DNA of 64,000 nt from Psilocybe cubensis. Lineage: Eukaryota. The notes under the pieces were generated by a model that saw only the letters and a program-made list of their open reading frames with translations, was not told the DNA's origin and searched no databases. Position numbers and translations under genes: made by a program. How positions within the stretch are numbered: the first letter of the stretch is position 1; every line of letters begins with the position of its first letter. Location of the stretch: positions 1,736,001-1,800,000 of the forward strand of contig CM038998.1 in the NCBI GenBank assembly GCA_017499595.2, read 5' to 3'. This document shows, in pieces, positions 24,372 through 38,482 of the stretch.

Positions 24372-25020
24372 ATATGATATGGAATGGGGGTAGAGTAGAG
24401 GAAATTGGAGCACCGGTGATATGGAAATGGTATCTAACCAAAGAGAGAGAAAGTAAAGAGGAAAGAGACGTATAGTGGGATTACAAGAGGGACGCCACAA
24501 ATGTCAGGCTGTAAATAAGTAAGTGAACGAGACAGAGGAGGCCGACTTTTGTATTCCGGCCAGAGTACCATCAAATCGCTTCCTATAAAAGTCCGACATC
24601 AATTACCACCTTTCTCCTTTCAAGGCCACATTCAAAATAGATCCTCAACAAGAAACACGCTGCAGGAGCATGCTCGTCTGCTGCGACCTACACACGAGTA
24701 CACTCAGTGGCACGGCCATGCTCAATTTTATCACACATCGTATAAAGACTTCCGAGGCTCTACTGGGCCACCACAAGAATATGCGTACAAAGCGTTTCCA
24801 GGGTGGCTGGGTTTGTTTCATCGTCTTCTAACCCGGCATTGTTACTACGAGCTTGGATTATGTGATCGATGGCTGATTATTTCGAAAACGATGTAGGCTT
24901 TCTAACAAACACACATCTGATGTAGCAGGGCAAGATCCATGTACGGAGGCGAGGGTATCAAAGGGAAGGTATTTAGCCGTGTAGATATTTCAATTAAAAA
25001 GAACAATCCAGTCGCGTCCG

Positions 25021-26207
25021 TCAAACCTAGAAATCAAGTTAATTCCCGCTGCAAACCCAAAAAATATGCACAGGCTTACAAGGCTCAGCTCTAGCGTCCA
25101 GACCCGTCTTGCCCATAGTTTTACTGTGAGGCTGGGTTGATCGCCTACTGCAGGTAATTCAATGTCTAATCCGTCCCACCAACATTTACGCTAAGGCAGT
25201 GCATTAGTGTGCTTACAAGTAGCGAGAGTGATGCCTAAATACATACAGCGGGTTTCCGCCAGAACAACAGGAGTTTCTGGGCCGTCGCCATTTGTGCACC
25301 ATCGATTTCAACCTGCTTCTCGCCGTTGGGATGATGAATGATGCCTGTTTTCAAGAGAACAAGCGCTATTGATGATATACAGCATCGGGATGGCTCCAGT
25401 GCACGGAAGCCCCACTCATCCTCACGATCAAATCCACTGGAACAACGATGAAATCAGCGTGTTTGCTCACAAAGAAAAAGGAACCAAAACATGTGTATAC
25501 CTCATACATAACATATCAATAAGATGTTGTTCGGCGACATTGTTCTCCTTGTTCACGTTGCGCTGCAGTGCGGTGAAAATATTGCGTTTGTCAATGAGGT
25601 AGTCACCAGACCGTCGCTTGATGTCAAGCATTGTATCATTCGCAATACCATTGTGATCAGTAGCAGCCTTCCCATCCTTTGGTGGAATGGAGAAATATTC
25701 CAGCTCTTCTCTGAGAACAATGATAGCCTGCTTGGACAACAATGGGTTTTGGGAGGTTTGCGGACTGAAATCCGGGGATTCGAAGAGATGCTGCTGCGCG
25801 CCAAAGAGTCCGGGGTTGGTTGCAGTGCCATAAAAGTTATCTGAAGCATTCCGGAAAAAGGTAAGAACAAATTGGAAGCAGTCGGGATCGAACTAAGGTT
25901 AAACGTCAGCTGGAAAGAACTCTACATAAGCTTCTATTGTTTCACGAACGTCAACGCCGTACACCTCTTCTTCCTCATCGTCACCACCACCGTCAGACAG
26001 CGCTATGCTCTGCCTACTCAGGACCAGTCCATTGGGAAACAAACATAACAGAACGGATTCCGGTAGGTTCATGATTGTCTCTCGGTCGACCTCGAAGCGC
26101 CTGCCGCGAAGATCCAAAAACAGCCTTGTGAGGAGTTGAGGCTGGAGGTTGGTGTGCGTAGGCACTTGGGATACCTGGGTTATTGGTGAGTTGGAGAGAT
26201 TGGCCAT
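25021..26207 (-). CDS. WHI2: Whi2-like BTB/POZ protein (phosphatase-associated nutrient/stress regulator)
   Basis: LDLRGRRFEVDRETIMNLPESVLLCLFPNG, AIIVLREELEYF, AEQHLIDMLC, FWRKPARKCCWWD-like and VKLWARRVWTLELSLV* motifs typical of fungal Whi2. Confidence 0.88.
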
Positions 26208-26680
26208 GGCGGAGGGGACAAGAGGACAGGCGGAAGTGACAGAGAGCTGTTCGACCGCTGGAGCGTGTCTATACCATCAATTGCTTGTGCCATTTTAGGC
26301 CGCAACCAAACATGTGCCAAGGGCGGGATCACAGCATCAAACAAATTCCAAGTTGCTGCTCCAACTCAAGTAGAGCAATGGTCGTCAAAGGTGTACTATT
26401 TAGATGATACTTGTATATATAAAGGTAGCCAGTCGAGCCAACTAGAATGTCGTGAAGTGCACTATTACGTTTCTGATCTCCCCCATAAAGAGACTACAGT
26501 GATCCACTCACTCGTAAAACCTATTCCGAATCCTCAGAAACTACGAGTCGTGGAAAATATAAAATGAACAACGGGTCCGATAGAAAGTGTCAAATTGAAA
26601 CATAAGCTGGAAAAGAGACGTGCAAGGGGAATGGGTCCGTGTGTATGTAAACAGAGAAAAAAAATATATAAGAGTGTCCA

Positions 26681-29600
26681 TCACTGTGGAGGGCTGCCAT
26701 AATTTGGCTGCGGTGGTGCTGCACCCGGCGGGAGAGAAAACACCGTCGAACTTCGAGAGTAACGGTTTTGGGGAGGAGCTTGCGATGTTGGCCGTCTGCC
26801 TGCTTGTCGTGCAACACGGCGCACACCTTCCGGACCAGGAACAGGTCCAGAGTCCATAAGCCGCACTCCTCGTCCCCCTCGTCCGGTGGGGTCATCGTAG
26901 TCCGGCACAAATGGTGTGTGTTCGTCGTAATTCGTAGGTGATGTCGTTTGTGATCGGAACGGGTTTTGCGGATCGGAGGGCGGTTGAGGACTCGGGCCTT
27001 GTCGGCTGAAGCGCGGGTCGAAGGGAGAGGTTGGAGAAAGGAGGCGTTGATTGGCCGACGGAGACTCGGATGTCTCTGTCGTGTAACTATCATTCGTCTG
27101 GGGACTTGGAATTAGACGGAGGTTGGATCCCGAGCCATTATCCGGGGGGTAATTGGCATCTTCGCTTGACCTTGACATTCCAACAGAAGACGCGGAAGAC
27201 ATTAACTGCCTGTTGCTGACGGCTAGCGGAGCAGGGAGCATTAGCAGGGCATTGCTATCATGTCTTGGACGAGGGTTGCTATAATTCGCAGATTCCAAAG
27301 TACTCGCGTCAAATGCAGGTGGTTGATGTGTAAGGTCAGAATTGGATGCCAGCGAATAACGGTTACTATCAGTCCTTGAAGAAAATATATATTAGCATAC
27401 GTTGAAAAATTTCAAGAAAAAAAAAACTCACTTCCTCTCGTAGGTAGAATCTCTTGACTGCGTCCCGCTCTTCCAGCGACGGTCACGCTCAAATTCTGCC
27501 CATCGTTTCATCACAATATGCGAAGAATCGAACTCTCCCTCCTTATCACCGTGATCACCACCTTTATCACCGAGGACCTTTCTTGTTTCTCCCCATGAGA
27601 AGTCGTCGAAGTGCCAAAAGGCATAAGCGGGAAGCAGTCCGTTCCAAATGGGCAGAGAGATGAGATAGACCAACATCCAACCTACGTAGGCAATTTTGCG
27701 CGAGGTGACAACAATCAACAGACCCGGAAGACCAAGCACAATGGCCAAAAGGATCAAAGGAATAGTGGTGTTTGTTCCTCCCGGAATGATAGAGACTACG
27801 ATGAGGTATAGGGTAAAGGCGATAGCCGCAGGGAGGACGAGGGTTCCAGCCAATTCCATTCCAACCACGAATTGCATTGAGAAACAGAAAGTACCGCAAA
27901 GATCGCGAACTAACAAAAGTTCTGCCAAATTGTGTATCGTTGAGTTGATCCAGCGACGACGTTGGGACAGTAAAACGCGGAATGTATCGGGAACAACAGT
28001 CTTGCAAACAGCCTGAGGGCAGAATACATTCTTGCGCTTTGGGAAAGTCTTCAACATGAGGGTCGTGAGATATCGATCCTCTCCGAGCAAAAGCAAGTTC
28101 TTTTTGTGAAGGGTATCGACCACATTCTCTGAATAGTGCTCCACGATATCGGGGTTGGCGAGAATCGGCACCCAATAACCGGAGTCGCCTTTAGGGGCCT
28201 TGATGCGGTACATGGTGAAACAACCAGGCAAACAAGTTACACCTCCAAACATAGACTCGAAAGCCTTGGTCATGTGGTGAGAGATATAGTACTCAAAGAC
28301 TTTACCATACAAAAAAAATATTAATGAGAAGTTATATCATAAGATATGCAAAACGCACCTTGCATCATTGTCACAAAGGTTTCTGCCTTGTTCGCAATCT
28401 TCGTTTCTCCACAGAGACCCATGATATCTTCGTCATGAATCATACAACTGACCATACGCGTCAACGAATCCGGGAAAACCTTTGTATCCGCATCTACACA
28501 GAGCACAAGCTCGTACCGATCTGGACTGACTCCTGTAACACGCCAAAGAGAGTTGAAGAATTCGTACTCGAATGTCGTCATACGCTCGTCAAACATGACC
28601 TTCTGTAGGAATGCCATAAGCACAATCTGGCTGTCGCGCTTGCCACGATTTCCTGGCTTGGGGTCGTTAGCCTCGAGAGGATTACCACATTTGGCGACAA
28701 GGACCATGGGAACACGTTGCTGTTTCGAGCGTTCTGTCGTAGCGTCATCATAATCATAATAACCTGCATACACCTTGGCCATGTTGTGTCGTTTGTGACC
28801 GTCAGCGATAGCGACATAGGAGTGAGGTTCGACTTCGTTGACAGGGATGATGAATTCCTTCATCATCGTCAAACAAATCTCCGGCGTCGTCATCGTATTG
28901 CCAGCACCCTTGACCATACCATCGGCAATGACAAGAATAACCTTGTGACTATTGGGGTAATCTGTAGTCGCCAGAGAATCAAGAGTCGTCCGTAAACCTT
29001 CAACCGACTCGGAATAGGCTGTGACAAGGCAAATAGTGTGTGCCAAAGGGAAATTAAAAGGCTCATAGTCGATAGGAGGTTGTGGCACGACGTTGATCAA
29101 TGGGAAGGGGCAAGGATTGTCGGCGAAATTACCACGAGGAGATCCTTCCGCAAGTGACATTGTGCTCCTGGACTGTCTATAATTTGGTGAGTCAGGTGGT
29201 GTGCCTTTCCCACCTTTGGTTGAATACATTGTGGAACGTTTATAGTTTGTGTTTGATGAATCAAGCATGCCGTACGCGGTAGTCGGTCTGCCTCCTGTTG
29301 TCTTCAAAAGATTATCGGATGGAGTGAATCGAGAATGGCTGGGCAAGAATGTCTTTCGATTGCCCTTTCCTGGCCGAAGGCCGTTCTTGTTGACATTAGG
29401 ACGAAGTTCACTGGGAGCGGGGCGATAAATGTCGTTCGTCCAGTTTTCGATTTCAGTAGACCTTTGCATCCGCTGCTCGTAAGTTTCGCGAGGGAAATTC
29501 CCAAGCTTCCAAGAGAAGAACCACTGGAACATGACGGCCATAATGAAACGAATGCCGACAACACCAATGATGAAAATCAAGGAGAGGTACAAGACGACTG

Positions 29601-31257
29601 ACGAAGCAACGCAACCGATCGAGTTGGTGTCGATGAACCCAATGTTGACAATATCTTGCAAGCAATGTCCAAGTTGCTGCTGCTTGCTGCGCTCGAAGAG
29701 CATGGTCAGATCTTTACCATTGAAGGTCCCGTTGGGTGTTTTCATGTCGTCAAAGATCTTGGGGTAGTTTACTTGTGCCCCACTGAGCCAGTTGAGCAGG
29801 TTGAGGTCGAGAACGGTACTGCAATATCATCAATAAGAAAGTTGATAGATAAAATGGCAGTGTACTCACGACCCGTATACAGCCAAGTTGCGTTTTGGAT
29901 TCTTGATATCGTCCCATGTGTAGTAGACCTGACCAAGAACTTGCACTCTTTCCAGTAATGCGCGAGCATTGGAGGTAAGATGGCAATTCGTCGGCGTTTC
30001 GTATCCCGTAATGTTGGCACCAGATGCACCGTACTGACTGAAGATGTTGCAGGGGAAGTACCAGTCAAGACGGTTGCCATTGCCGGTGATGCTGGAGCTA
30101 GAGGCGCGCGTAATCAATCCCAAACAGTTTTGATTTGTCTTTTGGAATAAAAACGAAGCATCGTTGCCAGCGAGATTCCAACCACCAGTCAACAAAGGGT
30201 TGGTGGTACCATTAAAGGTACTGCCGGCCGCTGGATGACGGAAGTTTGTGAAGTTGTAATCATAGCCATGGATAACAACTGAGCCATTTCCAATGTGGTC
30301 GTCACCAATGGCACCACCATGAAATCGATTAGGAGGTTTCCCACAGACACTTATGGTGAAACCAAAGGTGAGAAAACCGACGCCAGCCATCAGTGCTCCA
30401 ATAATGGATAAAAGTCCCATCTTTTCCCTCCAGGCTCGCTGCTGTTCTGGACTGCGGATTCCTTTTTTTGCAAGATGAAAACCGATGAAAGATGTTTAGA
30501 AAAGAAATAGGCTTACCACAAGACTTTAAGAGAAATGAGGGGACCAAGATAGTAAGGAGCATACAGTAAGTCATCCAGGGACCACCAGGACCAGGGCCCT
30601 TCCATAGCCCTGATTTTTTCTTGGGCTCTGGAATCGGAGGCGCAGAAGATGTGGAAGGCTGCTGGCGTTTCCTTCGAAGGGTGTGGCCGCGTTTGAAAAG
30701 GGCAAGGCCTGACTCGTGTACATCCTCTTCTCGGGCAAGAAGAGAACGACCTCTGCGCAGCTGAGGGTAGTTTCCTGTGGCTAGTAAAGCGAGAGAAAGA
30801 GATGGATTAAGAAAACGGAAGGGCAATACGGGGGAGCAATATTCTCACATGACGGCATGACGCCCACTCTGCCTGCCCCCTCCTCCTCGAGCTGAGCTAC
30901 ATGACTGCGATAGTGCCATTGCCTGTGACCTGGATCTATCTTCTCGCGATCTGGACGCACGAGACTTTTCTTCCTCGCCACACGCGCAGGGTCGAACTGG
31001 TCCGAGTGCTCTGGATCGCCGCTCAAGAGCTGGGGGACATAAGCGGAGGCGCTGCGCTGCCTATGGTCGTCAAGATGACCCTTCCTGTCGCCCTGCTCTA
31101 CATCTTGAAAAGAGACGCCGGCCTTGGAGCCCTCTGATGGGTGAATAGGCGGGCGGGGCTGCTGCTGCTGCTGCTGCTGCTGGGGGTTGGGGGAGGCTGA
31201 ATGGGAAGTGGGGCGGGCTGAGCGGGGAGGCCGCCTGTCAGCACCCCTGTTGTCCAT
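26681..31257 (-). CDS. Chitin synthase (GT2), class IV / Chs3-like
   Basis: [56 protein letters not shown] and [12 protein letters not shown] motifs; no myosin motor domain. Confidence 0.93.
31159..31182. repeat. (CTG)8 microsatellite encoding poly-Gln in the chitin synthase N-terminus
   Basis: Directly visible; [11 protein letters not shown] on the minus strand. Confidence 0.9.
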
Positions 31258-31816
31258 GGGGATGGATGTAGAAAGGAAGGGAGGGTCGGAAAGAAATAGG
31301 GAGGAGGGAGGCGGACGGAGTTGAAAGAGGCGATGGATGTTGTCTGACAGCCAGGCTGGGAGAAACGAGCCCAGGTCGAAAGAGCCCGGCGACTGCCTTT
31401 TTTGGACTTGTCAACTTTGGCGCAAATTTCACTTTATGCATGTTTTAAATTTGCAACATGACTGCACGTGTAGCGCCCTCCTTGTCTTGCTGCCTCAGCC
31501 TAGGATGCTTTGAGACGGTCTATTAAACGAGGCGTCTTTGGTCGGCGCATAGCACGGATATTTCTCTCGCCTTTGAAGCTTCATGGCCATATTTTATTTT
31601 ATTTCGTCCGTATTCTGGATGAATGTGTCACGTGGGATCTCGCGTGCAGCGCTGATCAGATTTCATTCTGCAGGCGCGCTCCTCGGCCAAAACGTTTCGG
31701 CCCGAGCTTGGCTGGCTTACGAGTAGCGTCGACAATCAGCGAGCGCCCGTCCAGGCTGCACATCTCCTTCTCCGAACTTGCCCTTGTTCTCTTCCTGCTC
31801 CTTCCCGTCTCGCCCA

Positions 31817-33118
31817 ATGTCTCCCACTACCACCGTCCTCACCACCCCCGCTCCTGGCACCGTCGTCGGTCCAATTTACGAGTACTCCGAAGAGCAGCAG
31901 GCTAAGATGGCTGAGCTGCGCGAGGCATGTATTTTCTGGTCTATCCTCTGCGCACAAAATCTAACTTTTCACCGATCAATGTCAAAAGTATGCAGGTACT
32001 GTCATGCTTCCTTCTTCAGACGACTACTATCCTTGGGAACTCCGATGGCTAAATCAGCCCGACACAATCCCTCGGTATATGCGCTCAGCCAAGTGGGACC
32101 TGCCAGATGCAAAGAAGCGTATTCTGGCTACCTTAGAGTGGCGCAGAGAATTTAAACCTGATCTTATTCGACCAGACGAAGTTAAAATAGAAAGCGAGAC
32201 GGGTAAAATGTAAGTAGCTCTCTTCCTACTTGACTAACTATTTTCATTGATCCCTTCTTTTATAGCATCATCAACGGTTTCGATAAAGACGGTCGCCCTA
32301 TTATTTATATGCGCCCGGGAAGAGAGAACACAGAGACGAGTCCTCGGCAGCTTCGACATCTTGTGTGGTGTTTGTAAGCTTGCCATTTCGAGAGTAATTT
32401 GTCATTGGCTCTCATCCGTATTTCCAATCCAGGGAGCGCGCTAAAGACTTGATGCCACCCGGTCAAGAATCCCTTGTCATCATCGTTGACTATAAATCAA
32501 CCACACTGCGTACAAACCCTTCAATCTCAGTGGCAAGAAAGGTGTTGAACATTCTCCAGCAACACTATGTCGAAACCCTTGGTCGTGCCATCGTTGTCAA
32601 CCTCCCATTCCTCCTCAACTTTTTCTATAAAGGGATTGCCCCTTTCCTCGATCCTGTAACCCGGGACAAGGTCTGTTCTCCGTGTAATGTTGTTGTGCTG
32701 TGCAGAGCATTGATGTGTAGTTATGCCATGCTATCCTTAGATGCGTTTTAACCCCGACCTCTTTGAGCTCGTTCCAGCATCACAATTAGATGCCGACTTC
32801 GGAGGAGAGCATGAATATGAATTTGAGCCAGAGAGTTATTGGGACCAAATTATCGCGTACGTTTTGTCATATCCTCAAATTCTACATACAACCTTCATGC
32901 TGACGTCATGGATGACCTTTAATTTCTTTCTTTCCAGCGCTTGTGGGGTAACTCCAGAGGGCACCCGCGTGGATTTCCCCCCGCCTGGCGTTCACAACAC
33001 ATCACAGTCGGCTTCTTCCAATATTTCGTCAATTTCCGACAACAAAGTTCAAGCTGACGTCACTGCAATTTCAGTCGAAGCGGTCGAGAGCGCCCAACCA
33101 ATTCAAATTGCATCATAA
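31817..33118 (+). CDS. CRAL-TRIO / Sec14-like phosphatidylinositol transfer protein (Pdr16/Pdr17-like)
   Basis: RYMRSAKW, TLEWRREF, ESETGK, GFDKDGRPIIYMRPG, LQQHYVETLG and PFLDPVTRDK motifs. Confidence 0.9.
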
Positions 33119-33659
33119 ATTAACCATCCATCTTTTCATTGGCCTAAATCCGGGTCCACACATACTGTATCTATAATGTCCTTGTCCTGTTTTTCTAGAT
33201 TTCCTGTAGAAATTTTTCATGTGGTACTATCAATTGTTATACTTTGCTTTCAATTCAAAACTTTTCAAAGAAAGCTCAATTCTATGCGCTGAATAACGCC
33301 CTGGTATTGTCGTTGTGCTACATACGTGTAAACTTTAGGTATAATGAAAAGCAAAACGTGATAGAAATCGAGATGCAAACGCCTTCGAATATATTATCGA
33401 ATAATAGTGGCACTAGTGGTACAAAGTCAATGATGGTGGGGAATAATGGTGATGTGATTGATTAGATGTCCAGAGTATGGGAGTATATTTTAAAGAAAGA
33501 GTGAAAAAAGAAGGAAACGGAATTAAATAAAAAAGGGGGCCTTTTCAATTTGAACGTACAAAAATCCCGTGTCGAAGAACCGTCAGTTAAGAGGTCCGGC
33601 AAACAAAAGAATGGAAATGGATCTTTGAATTAGTACCAATGAAAAAAATGCCTTTTGGT

Positions 33660-36600
33660 CTATGTGCCTGCCTTCCAGCTAGAAGGGGGGGCAGCTTTGC
33701 GAGGTGGCAATCCCCGACTAGGATGTGCGGGCTGACTAGCAGTTCTTGATCGAGGGTTGGCTCTCATATCTGGGCTCGACCTGCCATTGGCAGACTGCGA
33801 AGCAGGAATCGGTGGCATTGGAGGAAAGTAGCCAGAGCTACGCGGTTGGTTTCCCGGACGCCTAACACCTTGCTGTCCATTGCGGGCCAGTTCAGCAGAA
33901 GGACTCGAAAAGTCGCCGTAAGAGCTTCGCGAGGAACTCCAGTTGCCACCGCCGTTACGCCCGCTGCTTGGTCCACCATATTCGCTTCGAGAACCACTGA
34001 TGGCATCTCCTGGGCCAATACTCCCCGCGTACATTGAGCGAGCCCCGCCGCCATAGACAGATGCTGAGTTCTGCCAAGCACCTCCTTGCAACATGCTCAT
34101 CATGTTAAACTGGGGAGACATCATCGAAGGTGCGGCAGAGCCACCGTAGACGCTTCCTCCTCCGTAGACACTTCCTCCACCATAGACGCTTCCTCCACCT
34201 AATCCGCCAACCGTCGAACCACGCTCCCATTCATCAGCGGCAGCTGCCATGGCCTGTTGCGCAACGGCCATCTGATACGCCTGCTTCGCTATCATCATTG
34301 CTTGTTGGTGAGCAGCCATGAAATTAGGGTCCGCGGGAGGAGGAATCATGAATTGAGCAGGAGAAAGTAGAGGCTGACCCATGCCATTGGCCCATGGGGT
34401 GGGGTTTGGTGGACCACCGAATCCCATTTGCATTGCCATTGGATTGCCCATTGCCATCATGGGGTTTAGGGTTGACATCCGAGCGTTCATAGTCTGGTTT
34501 ATAGGCATGTCATCTTCATCATCGTCTACAATAGGGCCCTTTCCGTTAATAACGTTTCCAAGCTAAAAAAATAATATGTGTGAGCAACCAGTCCAAATAG
34601 ATTTCAGTGAAGAAAAGGACGTACCTCAATTGCAGCCTTAGCCTCTGACCGCCTTCGTTCACGCCTCCTGTATTCCTTACGATCCTCATCGTTGCTGGTC
34701 TCACCGGCATCTGACCCACTTCTGCTAGACTCCCTCAAATAACTTCTACTCGGTGGTTTTAGTTCTTGTTGAAGATCATCCTCGAAGCTAACACTCCTGC
34801 GTTTCATGTGACCTTTGGGTTTGGTCTCTTCTTGAGCAACGATGTCACTGCCATCACGAGGTGTAAGCGGCGCCCGACCACTACTGGAATCACCAGTAGA
34901 GCTTGCAGGACTATTGCGTCGACCTGCAAAAGGCTTTTCAGGCGCACGGAAATTCTTAGGCATCTGCGCCGACAGAGGGACTCCAGTCAGCATAGTTGAA
35001 CTTCGTTGGCGAATAGCAGGTGGTCTCGACGGGCTCCCTCGCTCAGACTTGTTCTGGCTGGTATTAGCCTGAGAAGCAATGTCGTCGCTCGTAAAGGATT
35101 TTCTCGGTGCATAGGAATTCGATGACGAGGATTCAGCCAGAAGTGTAGAACTTCGCGGTCTTGGAGTGTACTCTGAAGATCCAGTACCGCTAGATGAGGT
35201 GGCGGTAGTCGATGAATTAGCTGTATGCGTTGGCCTCGTTAGAGGTGGTCTGGAGGTGACACTAAACGCTGGTGGAGGTGAACGTTCTTTGATAGGAATA
35301 GGAGCGAGGATGGGAGGATTGCTGCTTTTGCCAATGGATGTGTCATTATCTTCATCCTCACTTTCACTTTCAGACGATTCTTCGGATGGCTCTCCATTTC
35401 GAGATATGAAGTTGACTGCACTTCCAAGTAATTGTGCCAGCTCTTGATCAACAGGACTATGTTCCGCCTTGGTTGGGACATTGGAAAGACCGTGCGCCTT
35501 TGGCATCGCCAATGGTGCATGAGTTTGACGGGGAAATGGCGCTGACTTTGGCTCAATTTGTGACTTCGACTTTTGCTGCTGGGGCACATCAGAGTCACTA
35601 TCTTCTTCTTCCGAGCTTTCATCCGAGGTTTCGCTTGCCTTGTTAGAAGGCGCTGAATTGACGGGAGGAATTGAAGAAGGGTAGGCTGCTGTTGGGACAG
35701 AGCTTGTAGATGTCAAATTTGTCTGAACCACCTTGGTCAAGCGATCAGTAATAGGCACCCTTCTCTGTTCGGGGTTTATTTCCGATGTTTGTGAAACAGC
35801 TAACACATCCATGCTACCCCTAATCGTTTGCGTGTCGTCCTTGTTAGTGTGATGTTCCAACTCTGGGGCAGGGGACTCGGGCGGTGAGATAAAGTTCGCT
35901 GGTGGGTCCTTCCGTATCAAAGAGGAAGCTCCATCCGGGTTAGGGTGCCACCCAGAAGGAGAAACTGGACTCTCCACTAGGTGAGGTTGAGTGTTTGGCG
36001 ATGGCATCTTACCAAGAGATAGCAAGGTGGGCCCCTTGGTGAATCCTGCATCATTCTCATCCGGAGCTGTATACGAGCGCTTCGGGGCAGTAAGTTCGTT
36101 TATATCGATGAGAGGTTTAGGGGGGAGATGGGTATTTGACCGGGTAGTGACATTTCCAGTAGACCTTGCGTGCAAATTGGAATACGACGACATTGCACTT
36201 CCAGGTCTCCGGGGTCCAACAAGGTTGGCTAATGGTGCATCGTCTTCCGAATCAGAGCTGGATGATATGTGTGAACTTTTTGTTGGCGGTGGTTGAGGCG
36301 CTTTGCGAGGCTGCGGCTGATTAGGTCTACTTTCAAACATGATATCTACAGGTATTTCTTAAAAAAGGGTAATTTTAGGGGGTTTGACGAAAAAGACTCA
36401 CTGTTATTAGAGTTTGAATTGCCCGACGCAGCCAATATGCTCGCTCTCTTTGCAGCTGCTGTTGGAGATATTGCACTGGCAGAAGCACTGGCTCGTGGTC
36501 TAACCCCACCTGTATAATGACTCATGCTTGATTGAGAACGAGGAGGCAACTCTGAGATCTTCTTCGTTATATCAGACTGAATGGATAACTCCGGGCGAGA

Positions 36601-37872
36601 AGATGGAGTTTGGGAACCAGAATGTCCAACGTGGGATTTAGGCGCACGCTGGGGAAACGGTGTGTCCTTCGATCTGGACGGCACTGATGACATATTTCCA
36701 TGTCCTAATTCTGATTTCGCTTTCACTTTGTCAAAACGTCCAGGTGTATTGAATGATGGTCTCCCAGTACCCTTTGGGTGACCCCTTTCGTCTGCTGATT
36801 CCTCGTCAGAGGATGAATCAGATGAATCGGAATCAGATGTGTATGCAAGTGCCATGCTAGAACGCCGTCTTTGCTGTAGAGTAGCTGGAGGTTGGGAACG
36901 AGGTGGCCGGGGACTGCCGCCACGAGAATCTTCCCCAGACATCGCCCCGGGATGAGGCGCGCCAGGTAACGGACTCGTTGAACGGAAGGAAGGAGAAGGA
37001 GATCCTGCCATACTGCGCCTTGATTGAGCTTCGCGGAAAGCGGCGACAGATATCCGTTGGGAAGAATCAGAGTTTATGCTCTCTCCGCGAGGGCGAGGAA
37101 TTGGCGGGGCCAATGAAACATTGGAGCCATTTGATGGGGAAGGCGGTCGGATGTGGCGGAAGGACTTGAGATTGAAAGATTGACCAGGCTCAGGGCTATT
37201 TGGCGATGCAGTGGAAATGGGTGACATATTCGGCGTAGAATTATGACCTGAGGGAGACGGGGAAGGTGAAGACTGTTGATGTTTTGCCCATGGAAACAGG
37301 GATGGTCGAGAACGTGGATTATTTTGCGAAGGATTGCTGCGAGAGTCTGAAGTTGGATCGTTGGGTAAAGAACGTGTGGAAAGAGCGCTATTTGGATCGC
37401 CATAGGCTGCAAAGATGGCAGATCTAGAGGGTGGGGGGCGGAGACGGCGGTCCACGGGTTCGTCTGTGCTGGCGCGGGACGGAAGTGGTGGCCGGGGGGA
37501 AGTGTTGAAATTGTGAGCACTTGTTTCCACAGAAACATTGCTCTGTGAATTTACTCCTGAGATGTTCGACTTTTTGCGGGTAAAAGGCAGACGTAGACGA
37601 CTGCCATTAGATGGGGTTGGTGTAGAAGGAGGTTGTGGGGGAATAAGTGTGTGTGCTGTGTGCGCACGAGCGGCATCTGGATGCAGCAGGTCTCTAGAAG
37701 GAGGATAGGAAGATAAGGATTTGCCTGCGTAGGAAGAAGTAGTTGGAGATGAAAGAGTCGAGTCTAGTTCAGATGCAGCTGAGCTGCTGTGTATGCTGCC
37801 GTTGTGGTCGTCGTGCTTTGCGCGGGGAGACGGCTTGTTCTTCCGCGAGAAAATGCTTGACAAGAGGGGCAT
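33660..37872 (-). CDS. Large low-complexity Ser/Pro-rich hypothetical protein (three long exons) with a Met/Gln/Gly-rich C-terminus
   Basis: Three consecutive long ORFs (508, 578 and 282 aa) separated by short introns; motifs FNLKSFRH, RISVAAFRE, RRRERRRSEAKAAIELGNVING and AHQQAMMIAKQAYQMAVAQQAM. Confidence 0.8.
34141..34200. repeat. 18-bp coding tandem repeat x3 (GGGSVY units) in the minus-strand low-complexity gene
   Basis: CCACC[G/A]TAGAC[G/A]CTTCCT-like units; protein GGGSVYGGGSVYGGGSVYGG. Confidence 0.8.
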
Positions 37873-38482
37873 TGAATGAAACGGAACAGAGCCCGCGGGT
37901 GGAATCCAGAACTGGAGGCAGGAGAAGACAGGTGGGAACTGCGAGGCGTGGGGGCGTCAGACACGAGTCGTCGGAAAGAGAGATAGAAAAGATACACGCG
38001 CCGCAGACGACTGCGATGCAGCGCTGTTGTCGGCGGTGAGGAGGAGGCGGAGGAGGCGGAGAGTGGGACGAGAAAAAGAGGCGCGAGTTGGCTGGGCAGG
38101 CCACCGGCAGTGACACTGTTTGCGGCTGTTGATTGCATTTGTTCTTTCTGGGAAATTTACGCTCTCCTGAATCTATGAATGACATCACTCCCGTGCTCGC
38201 ACAACCTCCGTTCATTTCACCGTTCGTCCACCAGATCCTCTTGCTCGTCTCGTCTTGACTCCAGATCGTCCTCTTCAATCGGTTCTATTTCTCTCCGATT
38301 CACTCTTTCCGCCGTCTGTCGCTATTCCAGGCTTGCTATCTCATACTGCCTCCGTTAGACAGCCAAAATGCTTCCCAGTCACAACATACACCTCACTGGC
38401 CTCGACTTTTTGTGGCGTCATACACCGCAACAGCATCAAATCATCTCCATCAAATACAAGCGGTATCTATACGGCACCTATT

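Noticed and set aside
24549-24896. 115-aa ORF downstream of a TATAAAA-like element
   Set aside because: Non-ATG start, no protein-like features or splice support.
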